Assembly (NCBI GenBank): GCA_963755125.1
Contig: CAVWIP010000012.1
Location: 1-64,000, forward strand
Source: an uncultured delta proteobacterium
Lineage (GTDB): Bacteria; Myxococcota_A; Polyangia; Fen-1088
DNA length: 64,000 bases
Direction: 5' to 3'
Each line of letters begins with the position of its first letter. Position 1 is the first letter of the stretch. This document shows, piece by piece, positions 9,741 through 19,434 of this stretch. The notes beneath the pieces were generated by a model. The model searched no databases. It was not told the origin of the DNA and saw only the letters and a program-made list of their open reading frames with translations. Position numbers and translations under genes: made by a program.

Positions 9741-10652
9741 ATGAAGCTCAAGAAGCTCGTGGAAGAAACCCGCAGGCTCTGCCAGCCCTACTGCATCACC
9801 GACGGCAAGGGCTTTCGACTTAAACATGTCGATCCGTCCGACACGCGTCCGCTCAAGTCCGAAGACAAGGCGCACGCAAAGGAAACCCTGCAGACAGGCA
9901 TCGAGGCGCTGACCAAGCTGCAGGACATGCTGTATGCCCAGGATTCCTGGGCCGTGCTGCTGATCTTTCAAGCCATGGACGCCGCCGGCAAGGACGGCGC
10001 CATCAAGCACGTCATGTCCGGCATCAACCCGCAGGGCTGCCAGGTCGCATCGTTCAAGGCGCCCTCGGCGGAGGAACTGGATCACGACTATCTCTGGCGC
10101 TGTCAGAAGAGTTTGCCCGAACGGGGGCGCATCGGGATCTTCAATCGCTCCTACTACGAAGAAGTGCTGGCGGTGCGGGTGCACCCCGAGTTTCTCGAAA
10201 AGCAGAAGCTGCCACCCGAGCTGGTCGGCAAGAAGGTGTGGAACCACCGCTTCGAGGACATCTGCGCCTTCGAGCGCTATCTCACGCGCAACGGGATCGC
10301 CGTCCGCAAGTTCTTCCTGCACGTCTCGCACGCCGAGCAGAAGCGGCGATTTCTCGAACGCCTCGACACTCCAGAGAAGAACTGGAAGTTCTCCGCGGCG
10401 GACATCGCCGAACGGCAACACTGGCAGCAGTACATGGTCGCCTATGAAGAGATGATCCGCGCCACCGCAACGCCCTGGGCTCCCTGGTACGTCGTACCCG
10501 CGGACCACAAGTGGTTCACCCGCGCGGTGGTGGCGGGCGCCGTCATCGACGCGCTGGCATCGCTCGACCTGCACTACCCCGAGGTGGACGAGGGCAAGCG
10601 CGCCGAACTGGCCGCGGCCCGCAAGGCCTTGCACGCGAGCCAGGCGCCGTAG
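9741..10652 (+). CDS. ppk2: Polyphosphate kinase 2 (class III-like). An alternative start lies at 9732.
   Basis: FQAMDAAGKDG Walker A, INPQG, HDYLWR, FNRSYYE, KNWKFS, APWYVVPADHKW. Confidence 0.95.
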   Translation: MKLKKLVEETRRLCQPYCITDGKGFRLKHVDPSDTRPLKSEDKAHAKETLQTGIEALTKLQDMLYAQDSWAVLLIFQAMDAAGKDGAIKHVMSGINPQGCQVASFKAPSAEELDHDYLWRCQKSLPERGRIGIFNRSYYEEVLAVRVHPEFLEKQKLPPELVGKKVWNHRFEDICAFERYLTRNGIAVRKFFLHVSHAEQKRRFLERLDTPEKNWKFSAADIAERQHWQQYMVAYEEMIRATATPWAPWYVVPADHKWFTRAVVAGAVIDALASLDLHYPEVDEGKRAELAAARKALHASQAP

Positions 10653-10863
10653 AGCTACTGGCGTTGCAGCAGATTGCTGGCCAGTTCAGCCAGGGCCGAA
10701 TGTTCGCCTTTGGTCAAATTCACGTGGGCGCAGAGGCTCTGGCCCTTCATGCGATCGATGAGATAGCTGAGGCCGTTGCAATGGGTATTCAAGTAGGGAT
10801 GAGGACTGTCACCAGATGTTCTCGCGGCTGTCAGACAGCTCACGCGGCCTGGAGCATGGTTTG

Positions 10864-11877
10864 CTACTTCTTCAACGCCGCTTCGATCATGCCCGACACC
10901 GCATCGAAGTTCGTCGGATCCTGGACACGGGCGCCGTTGAGGAACAGCGACGGGGTGCCGTTCACGGCGGCCTCGCCCCCCAGTTTGACGTCGGCGTCCA
11001 CGGCGGCCACATATTGCTTGCTATCGAGGGCCTGCTTGAAAGTCGCGAGGTTCAGGCCAGCTTGCTTCGCGTACTTGTCGAGCGATTCTCGATCGAGTGC
11101 GCTTTGGTTCGCGAACATCAGGTCATGCATCTGCCAGAATTTCCCCTGGGCATTGGCGGCCATCCCCGCCTCGGCGGCCACGTGAGCCTTGTCGTGAAAC
11201 GACAGAGGAAACTGGCGAAAGACGAAGCGGACCTTGTTGCTGTATTTCTCCTTGATCTTGTGCGTGACCTGCGCTGCCTTCGAACAGTACGGACACTGGA
11301 AATCCGAGAACTCCACCATGGTCACCTTGGCGTCGGCCGGACCGAACGACGGGGCGTCAGCCTTGGCTATCGTCGCCTGCAATGCCGCGGCCAGCGGCTG
11401 GTTCGCCGCATCCATCTTTCTGAGATCGGCCAGCACATCGGCGTAGTGATCGATCATCATGGCGCAGCGATCGGGCGGGAACGTCTTGGTCTGCGTCTGC
11501 ACCATCTTGCAGGTCTCTGTGTTCTCGCCGATGTCCTTGCACAGCCGAGAGGTCAGATGATCGCAAATCTTCCGTTGCTCCGCCAGCTTCTGCAAGGCGT
11601 AGCCGGAGTCCTTGCTGGCAGCCTTGCAGGCAGCCGGCGACAGCAACTCCGCTGCAGCCGTCACGTTCTGACAGGTGGACGACTGCTTGCCGGCCTGGTC
11701 GCAGATGCTGTTGACGAACTCGGCGCAGGGGCCGGCTGCGGCGCCGGTCCCACTGGCTGTTCCCTTGCTGGCGGAATCCTTTCCGGCCGACTTGCAACCG
11801 TAAAGAAACGCGCCCGTGGCCGACAAGACCAACAGGGCCGTGATACCTGCGAGGGATCCCTTGCATTTGAAATTCAT
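10864..11877 (-). CDS. DsbA-family thioredoxin lipoprotein with a Cys-rich N-terminal domain
   Basis: LYGC lipobox, EFSDFQCPYC, FPLSFH, GTP cis-Pro loop. Confidence 0.9.
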   Translation of the reverse strand: MNFKCKGSLAGITALLVLSATGAFLYGCKSAGKDSASKGTASGTGAAAGPCAEFVNSICDQAGKQSSTCQNVTAAAELLSPAACKAASKDSGYALQKLAEQRKICDHLTSRLCKDIGENTETCKMVQTQTKTFPPDRCAMMIDHYADVLADLRKMDAANQPLAAALQATIAKADAPSFGPADAKVTMVEFSDFQCPYCSKAAQVTHKIKEKYSNKVRFVFRQFPLSFHDKAHVAAEAGMAANAQGKFWQMHDLMFANQSALDRESLDKYAKQAGLNLATFKQALDSKQYVAAVDADVKLGGEAAVNGTPSLFLNGARVQDPTNFDAVSGMIEAALKK

Positions 11878-12031
11878 GAACGTCCTTTTCATTTCGCCCA
11901 CTTCTGAACCAGAAAATCCTGGAAATCTTGCGCACACCTACGCAGCACGGATTGTGCAGTCTTGCGTGTGCAACTGCAAGCACCGCGAGATCATTGAACG
12001 AACTCGCCTTGTGGGGCTTATCGCGTTGCCC

Positions 12032-13093
12032 CTACAAACGATCGAGGTGATCGGGGAGTTGGTAGGCCCTGTTGATCGGGCCAAAGATCACGCCCAGCAT
12101 CTTGACCACGACCACCGCCAGCAATCCGGCAACCAGCAGGCCCAGCACCAGGAAGGCGGCCAAGCGCGCCCGGCGCAGCACCGATTCCGACAGTTCCTGC
12201 GCGATGCGATCCAGCGCAACGTCCAGGTTCCCGGTGCGTTCCGCAACCACCACCTGCCCCAGATCGGCGGCGTCGAGCACGCCGAACTCTGCCAGCGCAT
12301 CGGTCAGGTTGCCCCCGCCCGCCAGCCGATCGCTTGCCGGACCGATGCGCGGAGCCAGACTGGGGCTCGACATGCCCTCGCCCGCCAGTCGCAGCGCGTG
12401 GATCACTTCCACCCCGGCGGCAAGCGCCGTGGACAGACCGCCCGCCAGTCGCATTCCGTACAAGTCGCGATACAGCCTGCCGAACACCGGCATGCGCAGC
12501 ATGACCCGGTCGGCCCCCGCCTGCACGCCCAAAACCGCCACCAGCAAGGGCAAGGCCAGCAGCACGGTCACGCTGGCGGCGACCAGTCCCGCCATGCCGA
12601 GCATGTTGCGCAGGTAGATCGTCCCGAGACTCCCGGTACACGCACCGCCTTGCACCGCAGCCGGCAAAGAGAGCAGCGGACCGACCAGGACCAGCGCGGC
12701 CAGCAGGTACAACGGATAGATGAAATAGACCAGCATCCGGCCCACGAAACGCTGCGCCTCCTCCAGTTGCTGCACCCGGCGGCCAAGCGTCTGCTCCAGC
12801 CGGCCGGACTCTGCCCCGCCCGCCAGCAGTGCCCGGGTGGCCGGATCCACCAGCGCGCCCACCTGATCGAGCGCCTCTGCCAGCGTCGCGCCCGCCCGCA
12901 GGCGATCGCCGGCCCGACGCAAGGCCGCGCGCAGAGCGCCGGATTGAACCCGCGCCATGTCGGCGAGGGCCGTGGTCATGGGCACCCCTGCCTTCACCAG
13001 GGCCAGCAAGCTCCGGCAGAACACCAGACGCTGGCGCAGACGAACCACCGCCACCAGGGGATGTCGCTCCCACAAGCTCGCGCGAAAGGTCAC
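12032..13093 (-). CDS. Type II secretion F / PilC family inner-membrane platform protein
   Basis: Two T2SSF repeats (LVKAGVP..AL, G.TLAEAL, AESGRLE..YP; AAGVEV..AL, AERTGNLD) separated by TM helices. Confidence 0.85.
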   Translation of the reverse strand: MTFRASLWERHPLVAVVRLRQRLVFCRSLLALVKAGVPMTTALADMARVQSGALRAALRRAGDRLRAGATLAEALDQVGALVDPATRALLAGGAESGRLEQTLGRRVQQLEEAQRFVGRMLVYFIYPLYLLAALVLVGPLLSLPAAVQGGACTGSLGTIYLRNMLGMAGLVAASVTVLLALPLLVAVLGVQAGADRVMLRMPVFGRLYRDLYGMRLAGGLSTALAAGVEVIHALRLAGEGMSSPSLAPRIGPASDRLAGGGNLTDALAEFGVLDAADLGQVVVAERTGNLDVALDRIAQELSESVLRRARLAAFLVLGLLVAGLLAVVVVKMLGVIFGPINRAYQLPDHLDRL

Positions 13094-13659
13094 GGCATCC
13101 CGATCACGACCTGAAGCTGGCCATCGCGAACCTTGACTGACTTCAAGAGCATGCGGGCCAGCGAATGCTTGAAGTCGGTCTGCTTCAGACGATACACCGG
13201 CGTGCTGCTCAGATACGCCTCGCCGGCCTTTGCGATCAGCTCCTCCGCGACCGGTCGCGCCGACTCGGGAATTCCCGCGATGGTCATTTCCACCACCTTG
13301 GCTGAATCGAAGAAGAACTCGCCGCTCTCCGGCGCGTAGCGGATCTGCCCCTCCACCAGCGCCTGCCCGGCAAGTGCGCTCTGCCCGGCGATGCTCAACC
13401 CAACCTGGGGGTGCAGCAGAATGCGATCGGGCGCTTCCCTCAACTCGACCTCAACACTCTGCACTGTTGCACGAACCAGGAACTTGGACTTGCTGATGGG
13501 CAGCTTGCGATTGAGGGCTTGCTGGATCTCCCCTGCGGTGAAGCGGATGGTGTAACTGGCCGCGCAGCCCGCCGCGCTGGAACAGACGAGCAACAAGAGC
13601 GAGAGCCTCAATATGCACGAGCCGCGCATGCGTTCGGAGAAATGCCTGTCTGTGTTCAT
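13090..13659 (-). CDS. DUF1439-like lipoprotein (start uncertain)
   Basis: AAGC lipobox, EIQQALNRKLPI, PVYRL, LKSVKVRDGQL. Overlaps the next gene by 4 bp. Confidence 0.65.
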   Translation of the reverse strand: MNTDRHFSERMRGSCILRLSLLLLVCSSAAGCAASYTIRFTAGEIQQALNRKLPISKSKFLVRATVQSVEVELREAPDRILLHPQVGLSIAGQSALAGQALVEGQIRYAPESGEFFFDSAKVVEMTIAGIPESARPVAEELIAKAGEAYLSSTPVYRLKQTDFKHSLARMLLKSVKVRDGQLQVVIGMP

Positions 13660-13847
13660 TAGCACCTTGTCCCTCAGTTCGCTGAAGTCACCTGCAGATC
13701 GCTGGCCGAGCACGTCGGAACGTGGCGCTGCAGTCGCCCGAAGAATTGCTGCTGTCCGCTGTTCGTGCCAATCGTGTAGACGAACGATGTGGGATTCCGG
13801 GTGATGGGAACAGTGCCACTGTAGATGATGTTCTGCATAACCCGGCG

Positions 13848-15485
13848 TCAGGCCGTCTTGATGCTGGCCGCGCTCTGCAGTTTCAGCTCTTCCACAGCAA
13901 TCTCGCGCATCTTGTACTTCTGGATCTTTCCGGTTACCGTCATGGGGAACGCGTCGACGAACTTCCAGTAGCGTGGAATCTTGTAGGTCGCGATCTTGCC
14001 CTTGCAGAAGGCGCGCAGCTCGTCACCTGTCACGCTGGCGCCCGGTCGCAGTTTGATCCAGGCCATCAGCTCCTCGCCATACTTGGCGTCGGGCACGCCG
14101 ATGACCTGCACGTCCGCGACCTCCGACTTGGTGTAGAGGAACTCTTCCACCTCGCGCGGGTAGATGTTCTCGCCCCCGCGCATGACCATGTCCTTGATGC
14201 GGCCCACGATATTTATGTAGCCGTCGCTGTCCATGGTCGCCAAGTCTCCAGTGTGCATCCAGCGCGCGCCGTCGATGGCCTGTCGGGTGGAATGCAGATC
14301 ATCCCAGTAACCCAGCATGACCGAGTAACCGCGCGTACACAGCTCGCCCACCGCGCCCCGGGGAACCACGTGGCCGGTGGCCGGTTCCACGATCTTGACC
14401 TCCAGGTTCGGGTGCACGCAGCCCACGGTGGCCACGCGCTTGTCCAGCGGATCGTCCACCTTGCTCTGGGTGGACACCGGCGAGGTCTCGGTCATGCCGT
14501 AGCAGATGGTGATCTCCGGCATATGCATGTCTTTCTGCACGCGCTTCATCACCTCGATGGGACAGGGCGAGCCAGCCATGATGCCGGTGCGCAGACTGGC
14601 GAAATCGGTCTTGCTGAAGTTCGCGTGCTCCAGCTCGGCGATGAACATGGTGGGCACGCCGTAAAGCGAAGTGCAACGCTCCTTCTCCACGGTGGCCAGC
14701 ACCTCGCCTGCCTCGAATCCCTCACCCGGGAAGATCATGCACGCGCCGTGGCTGGTGGCCGCCAGGTTGCCCATGACCTGGCCAAAGCAGTGATACAGCG
14801 GCACTGCGATGCAGATGCGATCCTTCTCGCTGTACTTGAGCGTGCGACCCACGAAGTAGCCGTTGTTCAAGATGTTATGGTGCGACAGCGTGGCTCCCTT
14901 GGGAAAGCCAGTGGTGCCGCTGGTGTACTGAATGTCGATGGGGTCGTCGGGATCCAGGGTGTGCTCGCGGAGGGCCAGTTCTTCCTCGGAGACTTGCTTG
15001 GCGTCTTCCCGCAGAGCGCGCCATTCATCGTCGATGACCAGGGCCTGGATGTGCGCGGGCAGTCGCTCTTCCACCTCCTTGAACATGGAGACGTAGTCCG
15101 TGTGGCGGAACGAGCGGGCCATGATGAGCAGCGAGCAGCCCGATTGCTTGAGCACGTGCTCCAGCTCGTGACTGCGGTAGGCCGGGTTGATGTTCACCAT
15201 AATGGCGCCGATGCGCGAAGTGGCGTACTGGGTGACCACCCATTCGCAGCGGTTGGGCGACCAAATCCCGACCCGGTCGCCCTTCTTCACCCCGCGAGCC
15301 ATCAGCCCACGGCCGATGACGCCGGTCTCCTCCCAGAGCTGACGGTAGTTGGCGCGATAATCCTGGTGGCGCGAGACCAGGGCCTCGCGATCTCCGAACC
15401 GTTCGACGGTGCGGCGCAGGTTCTCGCCGATGGTGTCGCCCAGCAAGGGCACGGACGTGATCCCGTGGGAATAGGATGGCTGCAT
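13848..15485 (-). CDS. AMP-binding acyl-CoA synthetase
   Basis: YTSGTTGFPKG, YGMTE, TGDL, GRIKD, TVTGKIQK. Confidence 0.95.
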   Translation of the reverse strand: MQPSYSHGITSVPLLGDTIGENLRRTVERFGDREALVSRHQDYRANYRQLWEETGVIGRGLMARGVKKGDRVGIWSPNRCEWVVTQYATSRIGAIMVNINPAYRSHELEHVLKQSGCSLLIMARSFRHTDYVSMFKEVEERLPAHIQALVIDDEWRALREDAKQVSEEELALREHTLDPDDPIDIQYTSGTTGFPKGATLSHHNILNNGYFVGRTLKYSEKDRICIAVPLYHCFGQVMGNLAATSHGACMIFPGEGFEAGEVLATVEKERCTSLYGVPTMFIAELEHANFSKTDFASLRTGIMAGSPCPIEVMKRVQKDMHMPEITICYGMTETSPVSTQSKVDDPLDKRVATVGCVHPNLEVKIVEPATGHVVPRGAVGELCTRGYSVMLGYWDDLHSTRQAIDGARWMHTGDLATMDSDGYINIVGRIKDMVMRGGENIYPREVEEFLYTKSEVADVQVIGVPDAKYGEELMAWIKLRPGASVTGDELRAFCKGKIATYKIPRYWKFVDAFPMTVTGKIQKYKMREIAVEELKLQSAASIKTA

Positions 15486-15513
15486 GGCGGACATGGTAGT
15501 GCGGCTACCAGTG

Positions 15514-15654
15514 GGGTCGCAAGTCCTGGGATTCGGAGCCGGCGTGGGTGACGTTGACGGCGGCGGTGACCGAGGCCGTGGCAGGCACCGGGCCCGTCAC
15601 CGCCACCCGCACCCGCACGGCTCCCACGTGAATCCCAGGCAAGTCGCGCGACCC
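15514..15654. repeat. Long imperfect intergenic inverted repeat
   Basis: Nested pairs GGGTCGC/GCGACCC, CCTGGGATTC/GAATCCCAGG, GGAGCCG/CGGCTCC and GGCGGTGAC/GTCACCGCC. Confidence 0.75.
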
Positions 15655-15664
15655 AGAGCCGCAA

Positions 15665-16468
15665 TCAGGTTTCGTCTTCGAGAAATGCCAACACCTTTGC
15701 CAGGAACATCTCCGGTGCTGTGGTCATGGCGGCATGACCCTGGCCAGGCAGCAGTTCCACCCGGCTGTTCTGCAAGGCCGCGTGCGCCGCCATGGTCGAA
15801 TCGTGCATGAAGCGCGGGCTTTCCGTGCCTAGCAGGAATAGCGTCGGTGTCCGCACCTTTGCCAGGCGAGCAGGATCGAAGCGATAGCTCTCCGCCATCC
15901 GCACCTCGCGCGGCAACGTGTGCGCGGCCTGCACGCGCACCCGCCAGGTGGACGAGCGGCGCAGAGCCTGCAATTCCGCTTCGCTCACCCCGACCACCTC
16001 GCGCAGGAAGATCTCCACCAGGGCGTCGCGCTCCCCCCGCTGGAGCAAGTCGTCGAGCCGTTCGGGCACGTGAGGGCCGAAGATCGGGCCGGGGTTGCCA
16101 ACCGGGAAAGGCGGCTCATACAGCACCAGCTTGTCGATGGCCGAGGTCAGACGCGAGGCCTCCATGGCACACACGGCGCCGTACGAGTGGCCCAGCAGGT
16201 TGACCGGCTCGCCCGCGGCGTCCACCACTGCCGCCACGTCCTCGAACTCGCGCTCGATGGAGTACACCGGGCCGTCGCCACTCGCCCCGCGGCCCCGCCG
16301 ATCCATCATCAGCAGGGTGAATCGTTCGGCCAGGCGCACCACGCTGGGCCCCCAGCGCGCGTGGTCGAGGGATGACCCGTGCACCATGACCAAGAGCGGC
16401 CCATGGCCGCGTCTTTCGTAGGCGATAGTGGTTTCATCAGGGGATCGGACTTGGTGCATCGAGCGCAT
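15665..16468 (-). CDS. Alpha/beta fold hydrolase
   Basis: VHG, DRRGRGAS, nucleophile GHSYG, C-terminal GQGH. Confidence 0.93.
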   Translation of the reverse strand: MRSMHQVRSPDETTIAYERRGHGPLLVMVHGSSLDHARWGPSVVRLAERFTLLMMDRRGRGASGDGPVYSIEREFEDVAAVVDAAGEPVNLLGHSYGAVCAMEASRLTSAIDKLVLYEPPFPVGNPGPIFGPHVPERLDDLLQRGERDALVEIFLREVVGVSEAELQALRRSSTWRVRVQAAHTLPREVRMAESYRFDPARLAKVRTPTLFLLGTESPRFMHDSTMAAHAALQNSRVELLPGQGHAAMTTAPEMFLAKVLAFLEDET

Positions 16469-16696
16469 CGTTGCGGGTTGACCTCGCGAAGGATTGTTTT
16501 GGGTGGCTCAATCTACTTCACATGGTCCCGATCAGCGACGACAACCCGCCCCCTCCAACTTCGAGCCACCCATGACCAGGAAGTTTGCGGAGTTGGATGG
16601 TCAATCTCGTGAAGGTGCAAGGGGCACCCTTCCCCTTTAGAGTATGGTGCGGTTTACCGTCTCAAGCACAGCAACAACCCCCAAGCAGGTCACCAA

Positions 16697-18019
16697 ATGA
16701 CGAAATGTTTTCCGCTCTCCGTCGGAATCGCTGCTAGTTTGCTGGGCATAGTGGTGCTGACTTCCTGTACCGGAAGTGAGTCCGGTGGCACCGCGCCAGC
16801 CGGTGGCTCCCTTGACGCCAATGCTGGAGGCTCAGGCGGAACCGCCGGTGTGACCGCGAGCACTGCCACGGACTCCGGGGGCCGCACCTCGACAGGCGGC
16901 GGCGTTCAACCCACCGGAGGGTCGGGAGGCGCCGGTGGAGTTTCCCAGGCCGGCGGTTCGTCGGGCGCTGCCGGCAGCACCAGCGCAGCCGGCACCACCA
17001 GCGCAGCCGGCACCACCAGCGCAGCCGGCACCGCCAGTTCAGGCGGCGCCAGCGGCGGCCCATCGAACACTGGGGGCTCCTCGGCTACCGGAGGGATCAC
17101 TGGCACGGGCGGCTCGCGAGCTACCGGCGGAACCTCGATCACGGGTGGAGGCACGCCTGCGGGCGGCGCCAACGCGACTGGTGGTTCCACCGTAAGAGGT
17201 GGCACTACCGTCGTGGGCGGAACCACCGGCAGCACGACGAACAGCGGGGGTGGTTCAGGCGGCTCAAAGCCAGTTGGGGGCGCGACAGGCGGGACCGCGA
17301 CAGGTGGGGCCACGACGGGCGGGACCACGAGCGCGGGCGGGACGACGGGCTCCGGAGGCTCGACGCACACCGGACCCTGGAAATTCATGCCGTTCGGCGA
17401 CTCCATCACGGCTGATACCTGTTACCCGCAGTTGCTCTCGCAGGAATTCAAGAGCAAGGGGCACACAAACTTCCAGTTTGTGGGCACCAACCTGAACGAC
17501 CAGAGCTGCAACGGCGCCCCCAACGTCCAAACCGAGGGGCATGGGGGATATCTCGTGACCTTCCTGACGACCAATACGCCCTCTCGAACCGGCCTCGGGA
17601 CATTGAGCCAGCTCCAGACTTGGGCCGCGGAGAAGCCCGACCTGGTGCTGATGCACTATGGAACCAACGACGTATGGAGCAACGTCGCCACTGCCGACAT
17701 CATGTCGGCCTATCTATTCGTCATCAACCAATTCCGCGGCCAGAACCCGAATGTCATCTTCTTTGTTTCCAAGATCATCTCCATGAACCCGGCTGGCTGT
17801 TCCACTTGCGCGGCTGGGGTCACTGCCCTCGACGCCGCCATCACCGATGCTTGGGCATCCACCAATTCCACTGCCACCTCGCCCATTTTCATCGTGGATC
17901 AATCCAACGCGGTTGACACGAGCACGCAGACGGTCGATGGCGTTCACCCCAACATCGCTGGCGCGACGAACATGGCGGACAATGCCTACACAGCCGTGTC
18001 GGCGCAAAACTATTTCTGA
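16697..18019 (+). CDS. SGNH/GDSL esterase lipoprotein (CE3-like) with Gly/Thr/Ser linker
   Basis: LTSC lipobox, MPFGDSIT, EGHGG, HYGTND, DGVHPN. Confidence 0.88.
   Translation: MTKCFPLSVGIAASLLGIVVLTSCTGSESGGTAPAGGSLDANAGGSGGTAGVTASTATDSGGRTSTGGGVQPTGGSGGAGGVSQAGGSSGAAGSTSAAGTTSAAGTTSAAGTASSGGASGGPSNTGGSSATGGITGTGGSRATGGTSITGGGTPAGGANATGGSTVRGGTTVVGGTTGSTTNSGGGSGGSKPVGGATGGTATGGATTGGTTSAGGTTGSGGSTHTGPWKFMPFGDSITADTCYPQLLSQEFKSKGHTNFQFVGTNLNDQSCNGAPNVQTEGHGGYLVTFLTTNTPSRTGLGTLSQLQTWAAEKPDLVLMHYGTNDVWSNVATADIMSAYLFVINQFRGQNPNVIFFVSKIISMNPAGCSTCAAGVTALDAAITDAWASTNSTATSPIFIVDQSNAVDTSTQTVDGVHPNIAGATNMADNAYTAVSAQNYF
16970..17037 (+). repeat. 18-bp tandem repeat, about 3.8 copies, in the linker (AGTTSA)
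   Basis: GCCGGCACCACCAGCGCA units are directly visible. Confidence 0.9.
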
Positions 18020-18175
18020 AGCACCCGCGGGAGCTTGAAGCCCCGCCACCTTGCTGCGTCGCCAGCCCACCGATTTCATGAAGCTTGCGCGCCGGTCAGC
18101 CCCTCCTCGTTCAAGGAGGTGCGCAGAAAGGTGACTCCGCTGTCTGACGGGCAAGAAGTGCGTTACTTGCGGACG

Positions 18176-18634
18176 ATGATCGGCCGGCGTGAAGCCGGGG
18201 ATTCTGGCGCGCTCGCGTGGCACTCTCCTGGTCGGCTGCTGCTTGCTGCCCTGGTCATCGCAAGCATCGCCTGCGCTGTGGTCGCAGCGCGCTCGCTGAT
18301 GGATCTTCGCTTGGACCAGGGAGCCGCTGCGGTGAGCGGTCCGCTCCTGCACGATGCCAAGGCTCTGCGCGCAGGGGAACGGTTGACCATCAGGCTGGAC
18401 CAAGGAAAGGTCATCCTTCGCCAACAGGAGGCATCTGAGCGTATCCCCTTGGAAGCAGATATCTCCATATTGCGGGCTTTTCTCGCCGAACAAGACATCA
18501 GCGCGGCGACCGACGCACCCGAGGATCTTCGCGGGGCCCGGCTCCGCCGTGACCCTGTCCACGCGGCAGAAAGTGACGACCCAGTCGCGCTCCCTGCGAC
18601 GGCTCCTCGGCCACGGCCGTCCCGGAGCAGGTAG
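18176..18634 (+). CDS. Hypothetical single-TM protein
   Basis: Fills the gap between genes and has hydrophobic segment LLLAALVIASIACAVVAA. No recognised family. Confidence 0.4.
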   Translation: MIGRREAGDSGALAWHSPGRLLLAALVIASIACAVVAARSLMDLRLDQGAAAVSGPLLHDAKALRAGERLTIRLDQGKVILRQQEASERIPLEADISILRAFLAEQDISAATDAPEDLRGARLRRDPVHAAESDDPVALPATAPRPRPSRSR

Positions 18635-18636
18635 CG

Positions 18637-19434
18637 TTACTGCGCGATCAAGCCGGTGAGACCGACACGACTTTGGCTGATGGCGCAGTCGTCGACGTAA
18701 ATAATCGCCGTGTCCGGGGTCAAATCGTCTCCCACGCTCACCACATCCCACGCGACCCACGCGGTCGGCCCGGTGGCCCCTGGCAAATCGAGGATCTGCA
18801 CGCCATTCAGCCAAAGCGTCAGGCGGCCTGTGGCGTCAGCGGCGTCGCGATAGAAGGCTTCGAGCTGAAACCAGGCACCCACGCTGACCACGGGATTGGG
18901 CACATCCAGCGTCCGGTCCCCACTGCGATGGTCATATAGTCGCAGAGACATCGCTCCGACCGATGGGTTCTGGAAGTTCACGTCGAACAGCTCGGCTTCG
19001 GTAGTCGGATCGTCAAGCACGGTGCGCATGCGGAACTTCATGATCACCCAGTAGGTGCCGACAGAAACACTTTGCGGCAAATAGTACCATGCACTGTAGT
19101 AGGCCTGAGTGGGCAGGCCCCCGTTTTGTACCATGCCGGCACCGTTCCCCTGCGTGTTATCTGCTGTGCCAGAGACGGTCAGCTTTGCCGCGAAATTGCC
19201 CGAGTGTACGCGCTCACTCGACACCTCTATGGTGTTTGGCGCCACAGCGCTGGCGCTGCCGAAACCGAAAGGAACGGGCGACCATTCGGCGAGGTTGTCT
19301 CCCTCGAAGCGCGCGGTCCACAAGACGTCGGAGCCCACATCCAGCTCCTGACCGCAGCCCGAGGCGAGCACCAGGCACGCCACCATGAAGAAGGATCTCC
19401 TACTCGTCAAGTTTGGTCTCATCGGATGCCCCAC
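18637..19434 (-). CDS. Lipoprotein with probable beta-jelly-roll (polysaccharide lyase-like / ConA-like) domain
   Basis: LASGC lipobox, FEG..L.EW, HSGNFAAKL, AYYSAWYYLP, VGAWFQLE, GRLTLWLNG, IYVDD. Confidence 0.65.
   Translation of the reverse strand: MGHPMRPNLTSRRSFFMVACLVLASGCGQELDVGSDVLWTARFEGDNLAEWSPVPFGFGSASAVAPNTIEVSSERVHSGNFAAKLTVSGTADNTQGNGAGMVQNGGLPTQAYYSAWYYLPQSVSVGTYWVIMKFRMRTVLDDPTTEAELFDVNFQNPSVGAMSLRLYDHRSGDRTLDVPNPVVSVGAWFQLEAFYRDAADATGRLTLWLNGVQILDLPGATGPTAWVAWDVVSVGDDLTPDTAIIYVDDCAISQSRVGLTGLIAQ

Noticed and set aside
10655..10843. 62-aa minus-strand ORF (PYLNTHCNGLSYLIDR...)
   Set aside because: It may be a gene remnant, but I cannot assign a family or a credible start.
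13674..13838. 54-aa minus-strand ORF MQNIIYSGTVPITRN...
   Set aside because: No RBS or recognisable motif, so the support is insufficient.
13722..15551. Many long overlapping or antisense ORFs (e.g. 13722-15551, 7425-8795, 35399-36868, 42822-44177)
   Set aside because: Shadow ORFs expected at high GC, lying opposite genes with clear family motifs.
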